Part shown: piece by piece, positions 12,062 to 20,606 of the stretch | How positions within the stretch are numbered: position 1 is the stretch's first letter | How the letters are laid out: the number at the start of each line of letters is the position of its first letter | From: a virus | Taxonomy: Duplodnaviria; Caudoviricetes | Virus record (IMG/VR): IMGVR_UViG_3300043391_000684 | Span: 1-26,957 of that record | Length of the DNA stretch: 26,957 bases | Direction: 5' to 3' (one strand) | Notes under the pieces: model-generated | What the model was told of the DNA's origin: nothing | Seen by the model: only the letters and a program-made list of their open reading frames with translations | Databases searched by the model: none | Made by a program: the position numbers and the translations under genes

Positions 12062-12757
12062 ATGAAAGCAAGTCACAAAATATCCATCGGGGTCTGTGAC
12101 CCTGGCATGGTCAACGGCGATTTCGCCTTTCGCATGATTCAACTCGCACAATCGCGGTCTTCTAGGCTTGGTCCGTTTGTGCGCACCAAAGGCTCGGGAC
12201 TTCTTAGCAAGCTACGCAACCGAGTAGTTAAGTCTTTTCTCGACGACACCAACTCCGATTGGCTTTTGCTGATCGACGCTGACGAACAACTGTCGTTGCA
12301 AGCATTCGACCAACTCATCAACACTGCACACGACAAAGAGCGACCAGTAATAGCGGGCCTGTACTTCGGGGCTTGGGACGCCAATAAAAACCTTTACCCT
12401 GTGCCCGTGCCACTAATATTCAAAGACACACCCAAAGGCTTTGCACCTATCAACGACTACCAACGCAACTCGATCTTTGAGGTTGACGCTTGCGGCACTG
12501 GGTGCATGCTTATTCACCGCAGCGTGCTTGAAAAAATGCGCGAAGCTGCAGACCCAAATCAAGGGACCGACTGGTGTTGGTTTTGGGACGGGCCCATCAA
12601 TGGCGAGTGGATAAGTGAAGACCTGCTTTTTTGCCGCAGGATTAGACAACTAGGCTTTCCGATCTACGCAAACACTGCGGCCATCTTGCCGCACCAAAAG
12701 ACTTACTGGCTTGACGAGAGGCACCACATTGACAGGCAGCTCAACAAAGACAGCTAG
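12062..12757 (+). CDS. Glycosyltransferase family 2 (GT-A fold)
   Basis: RNRVVKSFL, DxD (LLIDADE), GTGCMLIHRSV and SEDLLFCRR motifs. Confidence 0.85.
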   Translation: MKASHKISIGVCDPGMVNGDFAFRMIQLAQSRSSRLGPFVRTKGSGLLSKLRNRVVKSFLDDTNSDWLLLIDADEQLSLQAFDQLINTAHDKERPVIAGLYFGAWDANKNLYPVPVPLIFKDTPKGFAPINDYQRNSIFEVDACGTGCMLIHRSVLEKMREAADPNQGTDWCWFWDGPINGEWISEDLLFCRRIRQLGFPIYANTAAILPHQKTYWLDERHHIDRQLNKDS

Positions 12758-12772
12758 AGAAAAGGACACAAC

Positions 12773-13381
12773 GTGGCTCTAACCAACTGCTATTGCACGC
12801 TGTCTGATCTGAAGACCTCACTCGCAATCGAGGACATACAGGACGACACTGGGCTTGAAGCTGCGATTTTGACCGCTAGCCGCATGATTGACGATTACAC
12901 TGGCAGATTCTTTTATCGGGACGGCACTACGGCTGCGCCTGTGACTCGCTACTACACACCCGACAGTTGGTACATTACCAACTTAGATGATTTTGTCTCT
13001 CTCAATCAAATCGCGCTAGACGACGACTTTGACCAAACCTACACTACTATTCTTGCAACTAGCGACTATTTAATCGACCCAGTCAATAACGCACGACGTG
13101 GTTGGCCGTATACTCGCATTACCGCTATCGACCGCTACATTTTCCCTTACGCTTATCCGCAATCAGTTCGAGTTCAGGCTGTTTGGGGCTGGCCGTCTAT
13201 ACCAGCAGAAATCGCTATGGCCACCAAGTTACAGGCCTCACGCCTCTTCATTCGGCGCCAGTCGCCTTTTGGCATCGCGGGCACTCCTGAAATCGGCACA
13301 GTCAGGCTCACATCTCGGCTTGACCCAGATGTTGAAGCCTTGATTCGCCCATTCCGCAAGATGAGCGGCTTAGTAGCATGA
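12773..13381 (+). CDS. Head-to-tail adaptor (gp6/gp15-like)
   Basis: YCTLSDLK..ASRMIDDYTGRFF..WGWPSIPAEI..DPDVEALIRPF. Confidence 0.85.
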   Translation: MALTNCYCTLSDLKTSLAIEDIQDDTGLEAAILTASRMIDDYTGRFFYRDGTTAAPVTRYYTPDSWYITNLDDFVSLNQIALDDDFDQTYTTILATSDYLIDPVNNARRGWPYTRITAIDRYIFPYAYPQSVRVQAVWGWPSIPAEIAMATKLQASRLFIRRQSPFGIAGTPEIGTVRLTSRLDPDVEALIRPFRKMSGLVA

Positions 13382-13785
13382 TTCCAAGTGAGGTCCGAGA
13401 AGGCCTAAAACAGAACTTGAGTGATATTGACGGCCTTCGGTGCTACGACCAAGTGCCCGACGTCCTCGTTCCACCTTGTGCGGTTGTTGGCCAGCTCGAT
13501 TTCACTTTCGATCTGAATAACGCTCGCGGTCTAGACCAAGCCAATCTTGATATCTTCATCATCGTCCAACGCTTTTCGGAGCGCACTGGACAGACCAAGC
13601 TGGACCAATATCTAGCGGGCTCAGGTGATTACTCTATCAAGGCAGCCATAGAGTCCGACAGGACTTTGGGCGGCGCGTGCAACACCCTGCGAGTCACATC
13701 TGCAGAATCTGGCACTTACCAAACGGGCGACATAGACTACCTGTCTTATCGTTATCGAATCACTGTATGGGGTCAAGGAGACTAA
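13378..13785 (+). CDS. Tail terminator/completion-like protein
   Basis: Size, position, and SIKAAIESDRTLGG motif; ATGA overlap with the adaptor. Confidence 0.7.
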   Translation: MIPSEVREGLKQNLSDIDGLRCYDQVPDVLVPPCAVVGQLDFTFDLNNARGLDQANLDIFIIVQRFSERTGQTKLDQYLAGSGDYSIKAAIESDRTLGGACNTLRVTSAESGTYQTGDIDYLSYRYRITVWGQGD

Positions 13786-13787
13786 CC

Positions 13788-13961
13788 ATGAACTACACCA
13801 TCGCCTCGGACAACTTCGAGGTAGGCAACAAGAAAAAAGGCGAGCAAATCGCCACCAAAGAATTGCTTGAAGCTGGATGCAACATCGCTGCGCTTGTTAG
13901 TGGTGGGCATCTTTCTAGCAATAACTCAACTAAGCCACAAGCAGAAGGAGCCGCAGAATAA
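13788..13961 (+). CDS. Small hypothetical protein (57 aa)
   Basis: AAGGAG RBS before ATG13788 (MNYTIASDNF..); stop overlaps the tube-gene ATG. Confidence 0.7.
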   Translation: MNYTIASDNFEVGNKKKGEQIATKELLEAGCNIAALVSGGHLSSNNSTKPQAEGAAE

Positions 13962-14368
13962 TGGCCGTTTTAGTCCTTACGAATGCATACATCACAATCA
14001 ACTCAGTCAATCTGAGTGACCACATCGCTAGCGTCACTTTGACGACGGCAGACGATGTCATTGAGACCACTGCTTTTGGTTCAACCGCTCGCACAAGAGT
14101 CGCGGGGCTTGGAGACAACTCAATCGCACTCGAGTTCCACCAAGACTATGCAACTAGCAACGTGGAAGCAACTATCTACCCGCTGCTTGGCTCAACCACC
14201 ACAGTCGTGGTCAAGCCGAATGGCTCCTCAACTGCAGCCACCAACCCCTCATACACTTTCACAACGTTAGTGTCCGAGTGGACCCCGCTTAATGGAGCCG
14301 TCGGAGAGCTTGCAACAGCAAGCGTTACCTGGCCTATTAGTGGCGAAATCACAAAGGCGGTCTCATAG
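13961..14368 (+). CDS. Major tail tube protein, copy 1
   Basis: ETTAFG..RTRVAGL.D..LEFHQD..G.VGELAT.SVTWP pattern; AGGAG RBS; position before the tail chaperone. Confidence 0.8.
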   Translation: MAVLVLTNAYITINSVNLSDHIASVTLTTADDVIETTAFGSTARTRVAGLGDNSIALEFHQDYATSNVEATIYPLLGSTTTVVVKPNGSSTAATNPSYTFTTLVSEWTPLNGAVGELATASVTWPISGEITKAVS

Positions 14369-14757
14369 TGGCACGCATAGTCCTCACCAACGTTGCCGTC
14401 ACTTTCGGCACGACAGACATTTCGAGTTACGTCACTTCGGTGACGCTTGGCTCGAATTATGACGTAGTTGAGACAACTGCTTTCGGCAACACAGCCCGCA
14501 CAAGAGTGGCTGGACTTGCAGACAACAGCGTGTCTCTAGAGTTTAACCAAGATTATGCAACTAGCGCTTTAGAAGCGACAATCTACCCAACACTAGGCAC
14601 TGCGGTTTCAATGACCGTTCGCCCAGTTGCGGCTACTTCACCTGCATATACTTTCAGCGCATTGGTTTCTGAATGGACTCCGCTTAATGGAGCCGTCGGA
14701 GAGCTTGCAACCGCCTCGGTCACCTGGCCGATCAGCGGCGCAATAACAAAGTCATAA
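14368..14757 (+). CDS. Major tail tube protein, copy 2 (paralog)
   Basis: Colinear with copy 1, including identical LVSEWTPLNGAVGELATASVTWPISG. GTG overlaps the TAG of copy 1. Confidence 0.8.
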   Translation: MARIVLTNVAVTFGTTDISSYVTSVTLGSNYDVVETTAFGNTARTRVAGLADNSVSLEFNQDYATSALEATIYPTLGTAVSMTVRPVAATSPAYTFSALVSEWTPLNGAVGELATASVTWPISGAITKS

Positions 14758-14774
14758 CCTAACAAGGGGGCAAA

Positions 14775-15053
14775 ATGGACGGTTTATCAATCAAGGTCAA
14801 AACCACAGACGGCGTCGAGGCGTCATACAAACTGACACCTCGCGTCATCGTGGCGTTCGAACAACAGTACGGCAAGGGTTTGCCTAAACTGTTGGCCGAG
14901 GAACAAAAAATCGAGCACGTTTTTTGGCTTGCTTGGAAATGCTTGCAAACCAGCGGGGTTGTTGTCAAGCCTTGGGGTCCCGATTTCTTAGATACTCTTA
15001 TCTCTGCAGAACTGGACTCTGACGCGTCTTTCGAGTCCACCGAGACAGCTTAA
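14775..15053 (+). CDS. Tail assembly chaperone (gpG-like)
   Basis: Lies between tube and tape-measure genes and overlaps a -1 frame ORF near its stop. Confidence 0.75.
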   Translation: MDGLSIKVKTTDGVEASYKLTPRVIVAFEQQYGKGLPKLLAEEQKIEHVFWLAWKCLQTSGVVVKPWGPDFLDTLISAELDSDASFESTETA

Positions 15054-15178
15054 CTTACACCGTTGCCGCTATCTCGGTGGAGACTGGCATATCTCCGACC
15101 GATCTGCTTGATGCCCCTGAGGGGGTGCTTGAAGCAATCACAGCTTACTTGAAAGAACGGGCGAAAAAACATGGCTAA
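15023..15178 (+). CDS. Tail chaperone frameshift extension (gpT-like), -1 frame
   Basis: Open from TGA(15020-22) to TAA(15176-78): RVFRVHRDSLTYTVAAISVETGISPTDLLDAPEGVLEAITAYLKERAKKHG. It has no ATG and fills the gap exactly. Confidence 0.65.
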   Translation, partial: RVFRVHRDSLTYTVAAISVETGISPTDLLDAPEGVLEAITAYLKERAKKHG

Positions 15179-15728
15179 TGAAGAGACCGAGATCATTCTT
15201 GTAGGAATCGAACCGACGCTTGAAGGTCTAAAGAAGTTCGACAAAGACGCGGTCAAGCGGTTCAACAAGGTGATTGACGACGTCTTGGTAGATGCACAAC
15301 GCGCTGCTCGCGGTTTTGTTAAGGCCGACCCACCTATGAGTGGCTGGAAAACAAAAGACCCGCTTAGGCCCAAAAAATCAACGCGTGGTGGCGCTGGTTG
15401 GCCTGCTTATAACCAAGGTGTTATCGTGCAGGGCATTCGCAAAACCAAATCACAAGGCAAAGTGCGAAGCGACTACACCACAAGCGCTGGAGCTCTCATC
15501 AACGAGTCTGCCGCGGGCGCGATTATTGAAGTCGCAGGTCGCAAGTCAGGCGGTACAGGCACTGGCATTCAGTTCATTCGCAATCTTACAGACGAGATCA
15601 GAAATCCGTCGCGCTTAATATGGCAAGCCGTTGACGCCAAAAAGAAAACGGCAGAGATTAAAGTCTTGAAGGCGCTAGATGAGGCCAAGGCTACTCTACA
15701 AAATCAGTTAAATAGAGAGGCGGCCTAG
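15171..15728 (+). CDS. Tail-region protein, possibly HK97 gp10-like
   Basis: Basic protein with I.LVGIE.TL..LKK N-terminus and AGAIIEVAG..PSRLIWQA. Family call tentative. Confidence 0.55.
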   Translation: MANEETEIILVGIEPTLEGLKKFDKDAVKRFNKVIDDVLVDAQRAARGFVKADPPMSGWKTKDPLRPKKSTRGGAGWPAYNQGVIVQGIRKTKSQGKVRSDYTTSAGALINESAAGAIIEVAGRKSGGTGTGIQFIRNLTDEIRNPSRLIWQAVDAKKKTAEIKVLKALDEAKATLQNQLNREAA

Positions 15729-15729
15729 C

Positions 15730-17301
15730 ATGGCAGTTGGCGCAGTAATTGCCCGCATTCTCACTCAGTATTCAGACAAAGGCACAAAAGCCGCTGTCAA
15801 AGACATCGCAAAGATGGAAAAGAAGTTCAACAAGTTCGCCAATGCTACAGCCAAGAAGTTTGGGCTTGCAGCGCTCGCGGTTGGCGCTTTCGCTGCCAAA
15901 GTCGGTTACGACGCAGTCAAAGCAGCGGCCGAGGACCAAAAGTCCCAAGTCTTACTTGCAAACTCCTTGCGCAACACAGTTGGTGCAACTGATGCTGCAA
16001 TCGCAGCAACTGAGCAATACATTACCGCCATGCAATCAGAGTTTGGCGTTGCAGACGACCAACTCCGTCCAGCTCTTGGCAAGCTCGCGGCGGTCACTGG
16101 AGATGTTGGTAAGGCTCAAAGTCTGCTTGGTGTCGCCATGGACATTTCTGCAGCTAAAGGCATCGACCTCGAAACTGCAGCCGCTTTACTTTCAAAAGGC
16201 TACGGCGGCAACGTCGGCGCACTCAAAAAGCTCTTTCCACAGATCTCGGCCGCAACTGTCAAATCAAAAGACTTTGCTGCCGCACTTCGCGAGATTTCCG
16301 ATGAGACTAAAGGCGCCGCGGCCGCAGCCGCTAATACCTTTGCGGGCCAAATCAACCGCATCAGACTCGCCTTCGGTGAGGCTTCAGAGTCCCTCGGCTA
16401 CAAACTCCTGCCACAAGTCAAAGCCTTCGCAGATCTCATCATTCAGAAGGCAATCCCAGCCATTCAGAAGTTCGTTGACGAAAACGGCGACAAGATTGCT
16501 GCTGGCTTCAAGACTTCAATCAGCTACGGCATAGCATTTGCCAAGTTGATGTTCGACATATTCAGTTTCGTTTCTCGCAATATCAAGGTATTCGGCACAC
16601 TCGGTGCAGTCATCGTGGCAGCCTTTTTTGGCGCCAAAGTGGCGGCAGCAGCTCAAGCCCTAATCGGTGGCATCATGGCCATCATCAAGGTAATGAAAGC
16701 ACTGCGCACCGTCTCACTAGCATCAGCTGCAGCAACAGCGCTCGCCACTGGTGGCGTTTCAGCCGCCGCGGGTGCTGCCGCATTTGCACTTGCGCTTGGT
16801 GGCATCACGCTGGCAGCCAAGAAGTTCAATTCAGATTCTGACAAAGCACTCGACACACTTGGCAAGTTCGGCATTGACACCAAGGGCTTTAAAACCAAGG
16901 CCGAGGACTACACCAAAGGCATTGAGGGCATGACCACTGCAACCAAGGGCCTGACAGATGCGCAAAAAGAGGACCTCGCAGTCTCTAAGGGAATCGCAAG
17001 ACTCAAGAAGTTCGGCATTGGTTCAAGCAAAGATCTGAAAGCACAGGACCCAGTCACGCTTGAAGCGATTAGACGCAACCTCGTCAAACAGCGAGCGCTT
17101 GGCATGTCCAGCCCAACCATTTCACTACTTAGCAACGCAGGCCGAGGCAACATCGCAAGCAATACCACAATGAACGGGGGCAACATCACGGTGAACGTAG
17201 CTGGCTCTGTGGTCTCACAGGGAGACCTTATCAACGGAATCAAGAACGGTCTTGCAACCCTAATGCGCCGCCGTGCGGGCAGTCAGTTTGCGACGCTCTA
17301 A
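15730..17301 (+). CDS. Tape measure protein
   Basis: Ala-rich helical protein with hydrophobic segments and C-terminal NITVNVAG; position after the chaperones. Confidence 0.85.
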   Translation: MAVGAVIARILTQYSDKGTKAAVKDIAKMEKKFNKFANATAKKFGLAALAVGAFAAKVGYDAVKAAAEDQKSQVLLANSLRNTVGATDAAIAATEQYITAMQSEFGVADDQLRPALGKLAAVTGDVGKAQSLLGVAMDISAAKGIDLETAAALLSKGYGGNVGALKKLFPQISAATVKSKDFAAALREISDETKGAAAAAANTFAGQINRIRLAFGEASESLGYKLLPQVKAFADLIIQKAIPAIQKFVDENGDKIAAGFKTSISYGIAFAKLMFDIFSFVSRNIKVFGTLGAVIVAAFFGAKVAAAAQALIGGIMAIIKVMKALRTVSLASAAATALATGGVSAAAGAAAFALALGGITLAAKKFNSDSDKALDTLGKFGIDTKGFKTKAEDYTKGIEGMTTATKGLTDAQKEDLAVSKGIARLKKFGIGSSKDLKAQDPVTLEAIRRNLVKQRALGMSSPTISLLSNAGRGNIASNTTMNGGNITVNVAGSVVSQGDLINGIKNGLATLMRRRAGSQFATL

Positions 17302-18395
17302 TGCCCGCGAACGCACCCACACTCACAGTTGCTTTTGGCATCAGCGGCTCATTTACCAACATCAGTGCTGATCTCATTCTTGAGGTTGATATTCGCCGCG
17401 GCCGCCAGTTTCAGAATGACTTCTTAGAAGCTGGCACTGCAGCCGTTGTGCTCAACAACCAATCTGGTGCTTTCGACCCAAGCAACACATCAAGTCCGTG
17501 GTACGGCACTCTAATCGCTGGCATGCAGGTTCGTATCACTGGCAACGCTACCGTCATATTCACAGGCTTTCTTGAGGATAACGCGGTCAACCAAGGCATT
17601 TACCCGACCGTTTCGCTTACTTTTGTGGACGGCTTGGCTCAGATCGCCAAAGCAATCGCTCCAGCACTTGCCACTAGCGATTTCTCAGAGACCGCGGCTC
17701 TTAGAGCAGCACGCGCACTCGATCTCGCAGACTGGCCAGGGGGTGGTTCTCGTAGCCTAACTGGTGCGACCGTCATGCTAAAGACCAAACAGAATATGAG
17801 TTGCCTTGAAATGCTCGAGCAGTGTGCAAACTGCGTCGGCGGCCGCTTTTACGTTAGCCGCACAGGTGTGGCCACGCTTGTCAATATCGCAGACAAGTTC
17901 ACCCGCCCGACTAGACTTTTATTCTCAGACCAAGGCGACGCCAACAGCGTCGGCTATGACGGTCTGATCACTAACCCTGGCACCGACTATGTGTACAACG
18001 AGGCCATCGTGTTTCGCGGTCCAAAGAAGGCCCAAAAGACAGCCCGCTACACCTCTAGCGTTTCAACTTATGGCTTAAAGTCTAAGAAGCTGGACGCTCC
18101 GATCTCAAATGAGACCAGCGCTGCCAACCTAGCGCTATACGCAGCCCGCAAGGACTCAGACGCCACGGTTTTGGCTGAGCAGATTGATTTTACGGCCATC
18201 GGTATCGGCGCTCTTGCTACTGACATGCTCGAGACTGAGCTGAACGACCTAGTTCAAGTCAAGCGCCTGACCTACGACGGCCGCAATATTACTATTAACA
18301 GCGTGGTTGAGGGCCTTGCACATTCAATCACCGCCGACAACTGGCGCGTCAGCTACTTTACCTCGGTAGTTGACCCTTACACGATTACGATTTAG
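17301..18395 (+). CDS. Minor tail (hub/baseplate) protein
   Basis: IRRGR..AGTA.VVLNN.SG.FDP.N.SSP pattern; directly after the tape measure. Confidence 0.75.
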   Translation: MPANAPTLTVAFGISGSFTNISADLILEVDIRRGRQFQNDFLEAGTAAVVLNNQSGAFDPSNTSSPWYGTLIAGMQVRITGNATVIFTGFLEDNAVNQGIYPTVSLTFVDGLAQIAKAIAPALATSDFSETAALRAARALDLADWPGGGSRSLTGATVMLKTKQNMSCLEMLEQCANCVGGRFYVSRTGVATLVNIADKFTRPTRLLFSDQGDANSVGYDGLITNPGTDYVYNEAIVFRGPKKAQKTARYTSSVSTYGLKSKKLDAPISNETSAANLALYAARKDSDATVLAEQIDFTAIGIGALATDMLETELNDLVQVKRLTYDGRNITINSVVEGLAHSITADNWRVSYFTSVVDPYTITI

Positions 18396-18403
18396 GGGGA
18401 GCG

Positions 18404-20095
18404 ATGCCACTTTGTCCGCAAATCACAATCACGCCAATCACCGTCACTTCAACTGGCATGACTCAGACCTCTATCATTCCAATCGTGGCTGCCACAACCG
18501 AAGAGGTCGATGAACTTCAAACCGAGATCGACACAATCGAGGTTGCGGTCAACGGCAAGAACCACATCTACCGCCAAACAACAGCACCCGACGGCACTGC
18601 ATTTCCACTGACCGAGGGCGACGTTTGGTTTGATACCGATGACGGCAACAAGCAATATTACTGGACAGGCACAGCTTGGGTTTCAGTGCGAGACCTCGGA
18701 ATCGCGACAGCAGAAACAGCAGCAGCGGCAGCAGCCTCAGCAGCAGCGGCGGCTTCATCGGCAGCGGCGTCTGCAACAGCCGCAGCAGCAGCAGCATCTG
18801 CAGCAGCGACAGCAGCGCAAACAACAGCCGACGGCAAAAACCGCATCTACAGACAGACTACAACGCCAACGACAGGGCCATTCGCAGAGGGCGACCTTTG
18901 GTTTGACACTGATGACGACAACAAGTTCTACAGGTACACAAGTGGTGCTTTCACTGCTTTCACTCTTGGCAACGAAGCACTCGCCTCACTTTCAGCCAAT
19001 AAGTTAACAGCTGGCACGATTGATGCTTCGGTTATCACGGTCTCCAATATTAACGCTGGCAATATTTCAACTGGCAACCTCAACGCAGACCGCATACAGG
19101 CGGCCAGCATCACGGGCGCGAAGTTGGTTGCGGGCACGATTGAAGCAGTTTCGATTGCCGCAGGCACCATCACTGGAGCCAAGCTCGCAGTCGGTACTAT
19201 CGAAGCAGTTTCAATTGCCGCGGGCACCATCACTGGCGCCAAAATCGCAGCCAGCACAATCACCGCCAGCAACATCGCAGTTGCCACAATCACTGCAGAC
19301 CAAATCGCAGGCGGCACGATCACCGCCGCTGAAATCGCGGCAAACACTATCACCGCAGACGAGATCGCAGCTGGCTCTATCACCGTGGACCGCTTGACCG
19401 CGGGTACGCTTACTGCTTTCACACTTCGCACTTCATCGGGCGCTCGCCGCGTCACAGTCTCAGCCTCTACCAACTCGATTTCTTTCACAGAGTCCAGCAC
19501 AACCGTTGGCCACGTTGGCCCAGCTGCTACCGACGGCGTTGTTATTCACTACGGTTCAACTTTTAATCCAAACGTTACAACTTACCCGCTGGCTTATGTA
19601 AGTTCTAGCTCGGTCATTATAGCGCAAGCAGCCGCCAAGTATGTGGAAGTAAGTTCCACGGGTGTGGTCATGAACGGCAACGTTTATACCCTTGACGCTT
19701 TTTACAACCAAGACCCGTCAACCAGCGCAAACGCCGCCAATACTCGCATGGATACTGACGGTCGTACAAGACGCAGCACCGCTTCGAGTGCTCGCTTCAA
19801 AGAGGATATCACAGACATTTCGACCGTTGTGGACCTTGACCCAAGCAAGCTGCTCAGCATTCCAATCCGCGCATTCAAGTTCAAATCCGACTACCTCGAC
19901 CCAACCGACAACAGGGCGGGCATGGTAGTGCCAGGGCTAATCGCTGAAGAGGTTGCTGAACACTATTCAATCGCGGCCGACAAAGGTGAGGACGGGGTAG
20001 TTGAGAACTGGAACGAGCGTTTCATCATTCCAGGCATGTTAGCACTAATTCAAGATCTGCACGGCAGAGTCGTTACACTTGAGGGAACGCCATGA
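18404..20095 (+). CDS. Tail fibre/spike with C-terminal intramolecular chaperone (peptidase S74-like)
   Basis: Two GD.WFDTDD.NK.Y modules separated by poly-Ala, ~10-aa AGTIT(A/G)xxIA repeats, then SSARFKEDI..F.FK..GLIAEEV typical of S74 chaperones. Confidence 0.85.
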   Translation: MPLCPQITITPITVTSTGMTQTSIIPIVAATTEEVDELQTEIDTIEVAVNGKNHIYRQTTAPDGTAFPLTEGDVWFDTDDGNKQYYWTGTAWVSVRDLGIATAETAAAAAASAAAAASSAAASATAAAAAASAAATAAQTTADGKNRIYRQTTTPTTGPFAEGDLWFDTDDDNKFYRYTSGAFTAFTLGNEALASLSANKLTAGTIDASVITVSNINAGNISTGNLNADRIQAASITGAKLVAGTIEAVSIAAGTITGAKLAVGTIEAVSIAAGTITGAKIAASTITASNIAVATITADQIAGGTITAAEIAANTITADEIAAGSITVDRLTAGTLTAFTLRTSSGARRVTVSASTNSISFTESSTTVGHVGPAATDGVVIHYGSTFNPNVTTYPLAYVSSSSVIIAQAAAKYVEVSSTGVVMNGNVYTLDAFYNQDPSTSANAANTRMDTDGRTRRSTASSARFKEDITDISTVVDLDPSKLLSIPIRAFKFKSDYLDPTDNRAGMVVPGLIAEEVAEHYSIAADKGEDGVVENWNERFIIPGMLALIQDLHGRVVTLEGTP

Positions 20096-20253
20096 AAGAA
20101 TACTTAGTCGGGTTTAATAATGACGGCATTTTGGTCACAGAGCAAGTCTCGGCCACTGACCCTGACGAAGCGAAAGCAGAGGCACAGCCACTGCACCCAG
20201 ATTTGCCAATCATATTCGTCAAATGGCTCAAACAAGGGGGAACAAATGGATAA
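20092..20253 (+). CDS. Small hypothetical protein (53 aa; not in the supplied track)
   Basis: GAGGGA RBS and ATGA overlap with the fibre stop: MKEYLVGFNNDGILVTEQVSATDPDEAKAEAQPLHPDLPIIFVKWLKQGGTNG. Confidence 0.65.
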   Translation: MKEYLVGFNNDGILVTEQVSATDPDEAKAEAQPLHPDLPIIFVKWLKQGGTNG

Positions 20254-20392
20254 CAAGACAGAGCTCGACATCAATATCGTAATCGCAGCACTTAGAGAGC
20301 AGATTGGTCTGTTAGCTCTAGACAAAGCGATGCTGACTGCGAGAATCGGAGATCTCGAAGCAGAACTTAAGGAGAAGAATGACCGTGAATGA
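20246..20392 (+). CDS. Small coiled-coil protein (48 aa)
   Basis: GGGGGA RBS before ATG20246; MDNKTELDINIVIAALREQIGLLALDKAMLTARIGDLEAEL. Confidence 0.7.
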   Translation: MDNKTELDINIVIAALREQIGLLALDKAMLTARIGDLEAELKEKNDRE

Positions 20393-20606
20393 CTGGGCTG
20401 CACTAATACTGGCAGTCATCTCAATACTAGGCTCGTTTGTTATAGCCGTGCGCTGGCTCGTCAAGCATTTCCTAAATGAACTGAAGCCAAACGGTGGTTC
20501 AAGCCTCAAAGACTCTGTCACAAGACTCGAGAGCCAAATGGAACTCGTCATTAAGATACTCACAAAAGGGGACAAGGTTGAAAAGCCTAAAAGAATCCGC
20601 AGATAG
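20379..20606 (+). CDS. Membrane protein of the lysis cassette (holin-like)
   Basis: One N-terminal TM helix followed by ELKPNGGSSLKD and a coiled coil; upstream of the endolysin. Confidence 0.7.
   Translation: MTVNDWAALILAVISILGSFVIAVRWLVKHFLNELKPNGGSSLKDSVTRLESQMELVIKILTKGDKVEKPKRIRR

Noticed and set aside
15749-16534. 261-aa alternative-frame ORF inside the tape measure gene
   Set aside because: S/Q/L/P-rich shadow of Ala/Lys codon bias, with a TTG start and no RBS or recognisable motif.
18928-19500. 190-aa minus-strand ORF within the tail fibre
   Set aside because: Antisense shadow of the decapeptide repeats.
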